The notes under the pieces were generated by a model. It was not told where the DNA came from. It saw only the letters and a list, made by a program, of their open reading frames with translations, and did no database searches. Below, one piece after another: positions 29,978 through 38,300 of a stretch of DNA of 64,000 bases. Source of the stretch: Minisyncoccia bacterium (GTDB lineage Bacteria; Patescibacteriota; Minisyncoccia; Phycocordibacterales; UBA6065); contig JBIIJY010000003.1 in NCBI GenBank assembly GCA_044233485.1, positions 32,481 through 96,480 of the forward strand, read 5' to 3'. Each line of letters opens with the position of its first letter. Position 1 is the first letter of the stretch. Both the position numbers and the translations under genes were made by a program.

Positions 29978-31798
29978 CTATTCTTCTATATCGAGTAACT
30001 TTTTCATTTCTTCGAAGCTCAATGTAAACACATCTTTCTCTGGTGCTTGCTTTGGAGATACCGGGGCTGGTGGAATACTAGACACTGGTTTTGCCGCTTG
30101 AGTTTCGACTTGTACAATTTTTTCTTTAACTACTACCGGAGTTGGTGACTTGGTCACTTCAGCAACAGGCTTCGGCTCATCTTTTTGATTCTTGATTGTC
30201 GATAAGAGCGAGCGTAATCCTTCTAGATCCTTCTTCTGCTCTGCGACTGGTTTCTCAAACGGCTTATTTTTTGTATCAGACTTAAGTGCATTGAGGGATA
30301 TTTGAGCAGGTCGCTCAGGTTGTATTTGTGGTGCAGGCGCGACTTTCTCTCGGAGTGGTTGCGGTGTGGGTTTAGACTCTACGAGCGGAGCGACTGAGGT
30401 CTTTACTACCGAAACTGCCGGTGACTGCTTTGGAGGCTGCACGGGAGTGCTCGCACCTGGCGCACTTGGACGAGATTGAGGATTTCTATTCTCAGAGCCT
30501 TTTTTGGGTTCGTCAATTGATTGCTTGCGTACATAATCCTCAGCATCCTCTCGTGGAGCGGTAAATTGTAATCGTGAGTTTTCAATCGCCTGATTTTTAA
30601 AACTCACTGACGGCTCCTGAATCGGTGGAAGTGAGCGGGCAGAAAAAGGCTGTGAGCCAATTCCGTCAATCATGAGACGTAAATACATCTGATACGAACC
30701 CAGATTGACGATATCCTCGGCAGTAAACTGTGGAGCAAATTCTTTTTCAAAGATCTCAGCGTCAATTGGGCCAATACGGAAAATAATCATCGAACCCACG
30801 TTACCAAACACCGCTGCTCGCACCTCCTCTTCCATTTGTTCCACATACTGATGAGCAATCGTGAGATTCAATTTATATTTTCGCGCCTCAGAGAGGATGT
30901 TGGCAAAAGACTCGTTCGCAAAAGACTGAAACTCATCCACAAATAGATAGAAGTTCGGCAAGGCCTTGAGTACTTTTTCTGGCGCGTCGGCTCGTGACAT
31001 CGCTGCCAAATAAATCTTGGTAATGAGCATTGAGCCAAGCAAGTTAGTATTTGTCTCCCCCACTCGACCTTTCGAGAGGTTGATGATCATAATCTTCCCT
31101 TCATCCATGATCTTTCGAATATCGAAGCTTGATTTTGGCTGACCGATAATATTTCGAATGACCGGATTCGAGATAAACTGACCGATCTTATTTTGAATCG
31201 CGGCTCCAGCCTCTTGCATGTACCGCTCTCCATACTTTTCAAACTCATTCACCCAAAAAGCTTTAACCGCAGGATCCTTAACATTATCAACAACTGTTTT
31301 TCGATAGGCCTTGTCTGCCAAAATACGATTCACCCCGATCATGGTCGAACCAGGATTTTCCAAAAGTGCCAACAGGATATTACTCAAAATATACTCCATT
31401 CGAGCCGACCAGGCATCGACCCAAATCTTTTTGAAGACCGACATGAGTCCGTTCACTACCAAAAATCGCTTGTCTGGCCCTGGGTCTTCGAGGACGTTAA
31501 ATGAAATCGGGTGCTCGAGATCAAACGGCGCAAAATATAAAACATCCTTGATTCGATGCTCGGGAATATAGTTGAGGAGTTTCTCGGCAGTTCCCCCGTG
31601 CGGATCGAGAAAGGCCATCCCATTTCCGTTCTGTATATCCTGAACCGCCATATTTTCAAGGAGGGTCGACTTCCCCATACCGGTCTTACCGATGACATAG
31701 ACATGGCGAGTTCTGTCCTTGGCCTTAATTCCAAACTTTACGAGCCGATTTCGAGAGTCGGTCTCACCAAAATAGGTTATTTTGTCATCCGGATTCAT
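29978..31798 (-). CDS. VirD4/TraD-like P-loop ATPase (type IV coupling-protein-like) with a long disordered Pro/Lys/Gln-rich tail
   Basis: 606 aa. Walker A VIGKTGMGKST and Walker B FYLFVDEFQS, followed by KYKLNLTIAHQY. The last 170 or so residues are low complexity and end in the acidic LLDIEE. No TM segment seen. Confidence 0.75.
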   Translation of the reverse strand: MNPDDKITYFGETDSRNRLVKFGIKAKDRTRHVYVIGKTGMGKSTLLENMAVQDIQNGNGMAFLDPHGGTAEKLLNYIPEHRIKDVLYFAPFDLEHPISFNVLEDPGPDKRFLVVNGLMSVFKKIWVDAWSARMEYILSNILLALLENPGSTMIGVNRILADKAYRKTVVDNVKDPAVKAFWVNEFEKYGERYMQEAGAAIQNKIGQFISNPVIRNIIGQPKSSFDIRKIMDEGKIMIINLSKGRVGETNTNLLGSMLITKIYLAAMSRADAPEKVLKALPNFYLFVDEFQSFANESFANILSEARKYKLNLTIAHQYVEQMEEEVRAAVFGNVGSMIIFRIGPIDAEIFEKEFAPQFTAEDIVNLGSYQMYLRLMIDGIGSQPFSARSLPPIQEPSVSFKNQAIENSRLQFTAPREDAEDYVRKQSIDEPKKGSENRNPQSRPSAPGASTPVQPPKQSPAVSVVKTSVAPLVESKPTPQPLREKVAPAPQIQPERPAQISLNALKSDTKNKPFEKPVAEQKKDLEGLRSLLSTIKNQKDEPKPVAEVTKSPTPVVVKEKIVQVETQAAKPVSSIPPAPVSPKQAPEKDVFTLSFEEMKKLLDIEE

Positions 31799-31911
31799 GT
31801 GTTTAAAAGTATATCATGCACTGAAGAATCGTCGTCGCCCTGTGGGTATTTATAGACTTGATATGCCCAGTGTGTTATAGTAGGTGTCTACAGACAATAA
31901 TATTACCTACG

Positions 31912-32430
31912 TTGAGCTACCCATCTATTCGAATCAATCACCAAATCAAAGCACGCGAACTTCGCGTCATTACTGATGCTGGTGATAATCTAGGAGTCAT
32001 TTCTCTCGAAGCCGCCCTTACAAAAGCACATGAGCTCGGCATGGATCTGATCGAGATCTCTCCGAGTGCTACCCCACCCGTCGCCAAGATAATGGATTTT
32101 GGAAAGTATCAGTATCTTGAAGATAAAAAGGCTAAAGCGGCAAAGTCACGGGCAACCACTGTCGAACTGAAGACTCTTCAAGTAAAAATCGGTACTGGGG
32201 ACCACGACCTCTCACTTAAGGCCAAGAAAGCCAGTGAATGGCTCAAAGAAGGTCACCGAATCAAGCTCGACCTCTATCTTCAAGGACGCGCAAAGGGCTT
32301 TGATGAAAAATTCCTTAAAGAACGTCTCGAGCGACTTCTTATCCTTATTTCTGAAGAATTCAAGATCGCCGATCCAGCGAAGCGTGGACCAAAAGGACTC
32401 ACTATGATCATTGAACGAGCAAAGAAGTAA
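31912..32430 (+). CDS. infC: translation initiation factor IF-3 (non-AUG start)
   Basis: RINHQIKARELRVI..., LGMDLIEISPSATPPVAKIMDFGKYQY and the C-terminal domain. The frame has no in-frame ATG before the conserved core. Candidate starts are TTG 31912, ATT 31927 and ATA 31897/31900; the track uses TTG 31858. Confidence 0.9.
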   Translation: MSYPSIRINHQIKARELRVITDAGDNLGVISLEAALTKAHELGMDLIEISPSATPPVAKIMDFGKYQYLEDKKAKAAKSRATTVELKTLQVKIGTGDHDLSLKAKKASEWLKEGHRIKLDLYLQGRAKGFDEKFLKERLERLLILISEEFKIADPAKRGPKGLTMIIERAKK

Positions 32431-32436
32431 CACTAC

Positions 32437-32465
32437 TTGCTGGTCATAGTTTTTTGTGCTAATAT
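32437..32465 (+). promoter_or_regulatory. candidate sigma70-type promoter for rpmI-rplT
   Basis: TTGCTG, a 17-nt spacer, then TAATAT with a TGC extended -10. It ends 21 nt before the rpmI ATG, in the infC-rpmI gap. Confidence 0.4.
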
Positions 32466-32486
32466 AACCCACATTCACTTACGCGT

Positions 32487-32672
32487 ATGAAAACCACCAA
32501 GGCATATTCAAAACGACTCAAAGTAACCAAAAACGGCAAGATCGTTTCTCGAGTTGCGGGTCAAAACCACTTTAATGCAAAGGAGTCACGACGAAGTCAG
32601 CACGCAAAGAAGCGTACAACGACTTTCGGTATGACAAACAAGCAGATTGCTCGTTTCCTTCCAAACGCATAA
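32487..32672 (+). CDS. rpmI: 50S ribosomal protein L35
   Basis: 61 aa and very basic (MKTTKAYSKRLKVTKNGKI...), in the conserved infC-rpmI-rplT order. Confidence 0.93.
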   Translation: MKTTKAYSKRLKVTKNGKIVSRVAGQNHFNAKESRRSQHAKKRTTTFGMTNKQIARFLPNA

Positions 32673-32697
32673 TCTTTATTTAGTTTAATCAACCACC

Positions 32698-33042
32698 ATG
32701 GCACGAGTAAAAAACGCAGTAAACGCACTCAAAACACGACGAAACGTCCTCGCTCAGGCGAAAGGATTCCGTTTCTCACGTTCAAAGAAAGAAAAGGCAG
32801 CATACGAAGCTCTCGCTCACGCTGGAAACTATGCTCGACGACACCGACGAGAGAAGAAAGGTGAGTTCCGAGCACTTTGGAACGTTCGTCTCAATGGAGC
32901 CCTTCACCCACTCGGGATGTCATACTCAAAGTTTATTGGCGCCCTCAAGAAAGCTCAGGTAGAGCTCGACCGAAAGGTACTCTCACAGATTGCTGCAGAA
33001 TCACCAAACGTCTTCGCTTCAATCGTTTCAAAAGTAAAATAA
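32698..33042 (+). CDS. rplT: 50S ribosomal protein L20
   Basis: 114 aa. Contains MARVKNAVNALKTRRNVLAQAKGFRFSRS and RRHRREKKGEFRALWNVRLNGA. Confidence 0.96.
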   Translation: MARVKNAVNALKTRRNVLAQAKGFRFSRSKKEKAAYEALAHAGNYARRHRREKKGEFRALWNVRLNGALHPLGMSYSKFIGALKKAQVELDRKVLSQIAAESPNVFASIVSKVK

Positions 33043-33078
33043 AACAAAAAACACCCTTCACCGGGTGTTTTTTGTTTT
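33041..33078. terminator. bidirectional intrinsic terminator between rplT (+) and the beta-CASP RNase gene (-)
   Basis: AAAACAAAAAACACCC-TTCACC-GGGTGTTTTTTGTTTT: a GC core with complementary A/T tracts on both sides. Confidence 0.8.
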
Positions 33079-34456
33079 AGAACTCCAACCTATACTCTAC
33101 ATCTTTCTCCGGAAACGAAGCCAGAACCCCAAGCTCATCACGAAGTCTCTGACAGAGAAACATTCCCGCTTTCGCCTCACCCATTGCGACAAAGACATGC
33201 TTAAGCGTAGATGCGGTATGCGAGACAAATTCAACGAGACCGTCTGAGTCTTTATGAGCCGAGAAGCCCCCAACGGTCTCAATGTGTGCGTGAACATGTA
33301 TTTCTTCACCGCCAATGCGAACTTTTTTTGCACCCTCCTGAAGCTCTCTTCCCAGTGACCCTGGCATCTGATACCCGACAAAGAGAATTGTCGACTTTGG
33401 GTCTTCGAGATAATTTCGTTCATGGGAGATCACTCGCCCGCCAGCAGACATCCCTGAGCCAGCAAGAATAATTTTCGGATTCTTCACACGACTGATAGCT
33501 TCAGAGTCTCGACGATCGATTGAAAATTCAAGCTTCGGGAATGAAAAGACATCGTCTCCCGCGCGAATCTGCGCCTGCACTGCGTCATTATAGAGGGCAC
33601 TATGACGCCGATACACTTCTGTCACCTTCTGTGCCAATGGAGAGTCCAAAAACACCGGAACGCTGGGTATCTCCTTGTTTTCCACCATCTCATTGAGCTC
33701 ATAGAGCATCACCTGAGTTCGCTCGATCGAGAACGTCGGAATCACGAGTGCTCCACCCCGAGCCACACTCGAGGCAACAATTTTACGAAACTCCTTATCC
33801 CGCACTTCATGAGAGCCGTGATTTCGATCACCATACACGCTTTCCATGACAAGATAGGTAATGTTTTGGAGTGCTTCAGTATCACGAAGTAGCGGCGAAG
33901 GGCTATTGCCCAAGTCACCAGTAAAGACCATTTTTTTACCCTGATAGGTAATTTCAAGCATGGCCGACCCGAGAATATGCCCTGCATCCAGAAGTCGTGC
34001 CCGCATCCCTTGAGCGAGCTCAAACACCTCATGATATTCATATGTCCGAGTCCAGAGTGCCATCGCTTGTGCGATATCAGTTTCTTCGTAGAGCATCGGC
34101 GTCTGATGATCTTTGGATTCTTTGCGCATGAGCCCGAGCGCATCAGCAAACATTATCGGTGCGATCTCTTTTGTCTGCGGTGTCGAGATAATCGCTCCTC
34201 GGAAACCATCACGCACGAGCTTTGGAATTCGTCCGATATGATCCATGTGTGCATGCGTGATGATGAGCAGATCGATACTCTTCGGATCGTATGAAAAGTC
34301 GGTGTGATTTGCGTCTTGTGCATATTTTGAACCCTGCTGTAATCCACAATCAACCAAAAATGAAATCCCTTCCCCTCTCACGAGAAAGTTTGCTCCAGTG
34401 ACTGAGCCGGCACCTCCAGGACACGAGAGAGTGAGCGTGTGAGTTGCGGTGCTCAT
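33077..34456 (-). CDS. MBL-fold metallo-hydrolase with beta-CASP domain (RNA-processing nuclease, CPSF/RNase J-like)
   Basis: 459 aa. Contains the HAHMDHIGRIP (HxHxDH) motif, the beta-CASP region and a C-terminal FSAHKDSDGL motif. Confidence 0.85.
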   Translation of the reverse strand: MSTATHTLTLSCPGGAGSVTGANFLVRGEGISFLVDCGLQQGSKYAQDANHTDFSYDPKSIDLLIITHAHMDHIGRIPKLVRDGFRGAIISTPQTKEIAPIMFADALGLMRKESKDHQTPMLYEETDIAQAMALWTRTYEYHEVFELAQGMRARLLDAGHILGSAMLEITYQGKKMVFTGDLGNSPSPLLRDTEALQNITYLVMESVYGDRNHGSHEVRDKEFRKIVASSVARGGALVIPTFSIERTQVMLYELNEMVENKEIPSVPVFLDSPLAQKVTEVYRRHSALYNDAVQAQIRAGDDVFSFPKLEFSIDRRDSEAISRVKNPKIILAGSGMSAGGRVISHERNYLEDPKSTILFVGYQMPGSLGRELQEGAKKVRIGGEEIHVHAHIETVGGFSAHKDSDGLVEFVSHTASTLKHVFVAMGEAKAGMFLCQRLRDELGVLASFPEKDVEYRLEF

Positions 34457-34461
34457 GGGTA

Positions 34462-34854
34462 CTACTCGTTAAAATTTTTACGCTCTTCGCTATACACAAA
34501 ATAGGTACCGAGCACATCTACCGCCAAATCTTTTACTGAATCAAATGGGAAATTTCCAAGAAAGTTGAATGTTTGACCGGTAAGCAGTTCATAGACTTCC
34601 CACAGTCCACCAATGATGAGAACGTTCATAATCATGAACGGTAATCGTGAGATAACGATCTTTTTTTCTCGAGCAGTAAGGTGTTCATAGAGCCAGAGCG
34701 AAAAAGCTCCGACCGTTACTCCCCCAAGCATATGCATTGGTATATCAAACCACCACAAAGTGAAATAGAGATGCTCGATGGTAGCAAATACATGAACCCC
34801 GAACGTGAACACAAAAAAAGAAACGAAAGCCAGGAAGTAGTGGTTCTTCATCAT
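34462..34854 (-). CDS. small polytopic membrane protein (weak VanZ-like pattern)
   Basis: 130 aa with 4 hydrophobic segments. FDIPMHMLGG and WEVYELLTG...DSVKDLAVDVLG resemble the DKxxH / ExxQ...D...G spacing of VanZ-like proteins. The assignment is tentative. Confidence 0.6.
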   Translation of the reverse strand: MMKNHYFLAFVSFFVFTFGVHVFATIEHLYFTLWWFDIPMHMLGGVTVGAFSLWLYEHLTAREKKIVISRLPFMIMNVLIIGGLWEVYELLTGQTFNFLGNFPFDSVKDLAVDVLGTYFVYSEERKNFNE

Positions 34855-34918
34855 ATATCTCTATTGTAGCAGATACTCTTTTGTATTCTTGAGAGCATGT
34901 TTATACCCTCTCTCAATT

Positions 34919-34947
34919 GAAAAACTCTGCACAAGGCAGAGTTTTTC
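34919..34947 (-). terminator. intrinsic terminator (palindromic, A5/T5-flanked)
   Basis: GAAAAACTCTGC-ACAA-GGCAGAGTTTTTC. On the minus strand it directly follows the structured RNA and precedes the ATG at 34854 by about 64 nt. Confidence 0.7.
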
Positions 34948-34950
34948 AAT

Positions 34951-35090
34951 AGGAGTTCGGAGTAAAACCCTAGCAAAAGCTAGGTGGGTCCCCTCACTGT
35001 TACCGCCAAGGCGGAGCAGAATGTGAAGGATCAAGCCTTCGTTGGAGTCCCAAAATTTTAGGTATAGAGTTTTTACTCCGAAACCCCTCC
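34951..35090 (-). ncRNA. candidate structured RNA of unknown class (cis-regulatory leader or small RNA)
   Basis: Folded by hand. A 12-bp closing helix (34956-34967 with 35071-35082) is extended by GGAG/CUCC. A second helix pairs 34985-34993 with 35044-35052. There are three local hairpins: 34969-34984, 35003-35014 and 35026-35040. The minus strand is favoured because a C-A mismatch becomes a G-U pair and one loop becomes a CUUG tetraloop. Confidence 0.45.
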
Positions 35091-35094
35091 TTTT

Positions 35095-35121
35095 ATTGTA
35101 CTCTTTTTATACAGATTGCAA
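35095..35121 (-). promoter_or_regulatory. candidate promoter for the structured RNA
   Basis: Minus strand reads TTGCAA (35121-35116), a 15-nt spacer, then TACAAT (35100-35095). This places a start near 35088-35090, exactly at the 5' end of the closing helix. The spacer is short, so confidence is low. Confidence 0.3.
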
Positions 35122-35126
35122 GTAAC

Positions 35127-35396
35127 CTAGAGCCCTATCTTGTAATCAGTGAGGGCGAACGCAACAAAACCGATGAGCGCTAAAGTGATCATCAGATTAA
35201 AGATAAAAACTAGATATTTAGAGAGGTTTTTTTCTTTTGTTCGCAGAAAAATATAGACGATCAGCGGTAAAAACACTAATAGAAACAGCGGACTTATCCA
35301 GAAGATTAGAAATAAAGGATGCTCTCCGGCATACAGACCGAAAATTACTGAGAATAGTACTAGCGCCAATTGCAAAATCAATATCTTGTTGCCCAT
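35127..35396 (-). CDS. small membrane protein, hypothetical
   Basis: 89 aa with three hydrophobic segments. The ATG directly abuts the stop of the upstream 1027-aa gene (35397), suggesting coupled translation. Confidence 0.6.
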   Translation of the reverse strand: MGNKILILQLALVLFSVIFGLYAGEHPLFLIFWISPLFLLVFLPLIVYIFLRTKEKNLSKYLVFIFNLMITLALIGFVAFALTDYKIGL

Positions 35397-38300
35397 CTAA
35401 TTTAAGTTAGTTAATAACTGCTGTATATATCGTATCAATAAATCTCGTTCACTGTCACCCAGATGGCGCTTACTCAACCTTGATCTTTTTATCTCGCGCG
35501 CGAACCCTTGAATTTCTTTTCTAATATTCTTTGTTTTCTTATTCTTTTGAAGTTTCTTTTGTATCTCACCAATCTCTTTGAGCAGTTCTTTTTTGACCCG
35601 AGGTGGCACCTCAAGAGCCAGTACATACCCTCGAATGAGCTCTAGATACTGGAGAGGTGTTAAGGTTTTACTTGTATCAATTTGGGTGTCTACCCGCCCA
35701 TCACTATCTACATCAAGCTCCAAACGAGTTGATGTGCCCGTATAGAGTACTCGACCCGAGAGAGCGGTTGATACCGGTAAGTCCTCAACAGTCTGCATTG
35801 AAGACTCCACTCCATCTGCAGACACGTGCGAGATGATTGTTGTGAAAGTGCCACTGCCCGTACCTTTCAAGCGAGCTTGCACATTACTACCCGCGACGAA
35901 CCCGGCATACTTCGCCTCACCAAACTCAAAATAGTACGAGTTCGGGATTTCTGTGGTAGTGGCATTTGTTATGCGCCCCTGTGCATCGACAAGCTCAAGT
36001 GAGACCGGTGAATGAATTGAGATTTGCGAGAAAGACAGACCCGGATAGGTGCTTGAGGCCTGACTGATGTGGGCTATAGTTTCTGTACTTGACCCCACAA
36101 TAATACTCTCAAGTAATGTCTGTACTGGCTTAGTACTCAAAATACTGGCATGTGCTCGATTTTTATTTTGAGTATTGTGCCCATACAAATCAAAGTAGAA
36201 TGCCTCAGTGGTTGATTTCATTTCTGTCGCACTTACTACCGGCACAGTCCCGTCACCAGCCAAGGTTAATGTCGGTCGTGTATCTAGTGTACCGTCGTTG
36301 TCGATATAGCTAAACCGTGCCAGTGTCGGAACACCGGTCCCGGCAACCACGAAGGTACGTATATGTTCTGGTAACTGATAGTTATCAAACGTACTATGGA
36401 ACGCCTCTGCGTCAGAGTAGTACTGACTATCAAGCTTCACGGGCATAAGGAGCGAATTATACGAAGGCCGATTTGGGTCGAGACTGGCAAGTAAGAAGGA
36501 CTTTTGATCTTGAAAATTTAGCACTCCTCGGCCATAGGGCGAGAGGTTAATCCCTGAAAACGTCCGACCTCCCTGCTCAAAGGAGATAGTGCTTGTTGAG
36601 ATGTGCTCATAGTATTTTTCGGTTGGTAGAAGATAATATGGAGCTGGTATGTCGCGGCCAAGCTTTTTGGCACTTGCCTTATTTTGAAAAATACCAAAGA
36701 ATATTGATTGCTCGTACCCAAACATTAGGGCTGCTATTGTTTGCGGCGCACCAAGATGTGGTGTGGCGACAAACACCACCTTATCAATTGAACGCAGTAG
36801 ATCCTTGTCTTCCTCATCCGTAGAGTCCTCTAAAGTCTTAATAAACTCTTTTACTACCAGACCTCCATTACTATGAACCAGTATCGTCACTTTACCATTT
36901 TGAGCAGCCTCCTTAAGTCGTCTAAACTGAACCCTGAGACTTTCGCTTGTATTGCCCATTGGATCATCTGCCAGGTACTCACCCCGCACTATCTGTCGAG
37001 GTGAATAGCGCCAATCATAGACAAATATTCCAGCATTTCTATTCGTACGTGACGCAAATTCCTGTAACCACTCCTCAAATTGTCCGTAGACTTCAAAAGC
37101 TGATATCGGCTTTACCAAATCTCTCGCATATATTCCAGAAGTTACCGGGTTGCGAGTTGTTGAACTGAAGTGCAACTCCCTTCCATCAGCATTTGCGTTT
37201 GGCTCCCATAGTCGATCTTCACCGCCACGAGACTCTTGTCGATAAAGTCGACTCCCTTGAAAACCTGGTATGAACAAAACACCTGAGCAACATGCCGTCT
37301 CACTTTCTTGCACAGGAACTTCAGTAAGCCACGGACGGAACGAGACGAGATCAGTTACTTCATTACCCAGCCCCTCAGGATTACTCGCATGGTACGGCCC
37401 AGTCGCATCTCCCCAGAACACATTTGTCGCGATCACTTCATTTTCTGTGTTATTAAGAATCCCGACATTGTTATTGCGAACTGATGAATTCTCTATACGC
37501 AATATATCCGAAGATACACTTTGTGCCTGAACTTCAAATAGCGAACGCAACTGCTCCCAAAATCCTAGAATCACCGGCCCCGTATAGGCGCGTTCAATAC
37601 CATTTCCATTAGCTCGAATGTCAGAAAACTCTATTTGAACATTCCCCTCGAGGGTCCAGATACCGGTCCTGAAACCTTCTATTGTTGTTGAGGCCAGCGT
37701 TGTTGTACTGTGATCGCTCCATACCCCCTGACCTCTACCCATACCGAGCAAGGTGACATTATCGAGCCTCAGGCCAGAACTTCGAGCGTATACGGCCGCA
37801 ACATTACGAGGTTGAGTAAACAAAACACGGGCGTCAACGAGCTCAACATCCTTCGCCCGTATAAGCGACAAAGGATTGGCATCTATCCCGACTAACCCCT
37901 CTATGCGTATTTTCTTTTTCGTATCCGATAGATATACACCAGAATAGCTGTCACGAACATGTATATCTGTGAGCACGGCACTTTCCCGAGTATTAAGTAG
38001 TCCCACTCCACCAAAATCTTCGATTAATACATGCTCAATCTTTGGCACTGTCCTATTCACCCAAACTCCACCTTCACTTCTACGCAGATGCGTGTAAATA
38101 AGCTCTATCTCACCCGCCCCAGTAGTCTCTATGTTCCAAAATGGGTAGTTTGTTTCGGTACCTGATTCAAGATCTTGAATTGAAGTGAGTTGCACGAGCT
38201 CAGTCGGTGTTCCGCGAGCTACGAATCTACCCGACACTTCCAGGTAGCCATCATCAGAAAAATACACCGTCACCCCAGGATCAACACTGAGTATCACCCC

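Noticed and set aside
34951-35090. Possible identity of the structured RNA with SRP (4.5S) RNA, 6S RNA, or a known riboswitch or ribozyme.
   Set aside because: AGCAG follows a hairpin on the plus strand, but the 5' AGG of the SRP symmetric loop and the GNRA tetraloop are missing. The multi-hairpin topology does not fit 6S. I saw no TPP (CUGAGA), FMN, ykkC (GGUCCGAGAG / ACACGG), yybP (GGGGAGUAG), ZTP, fluoride, hammerhead (CUGAUGA) or twister signatures. A covariance-model scan is still needed.
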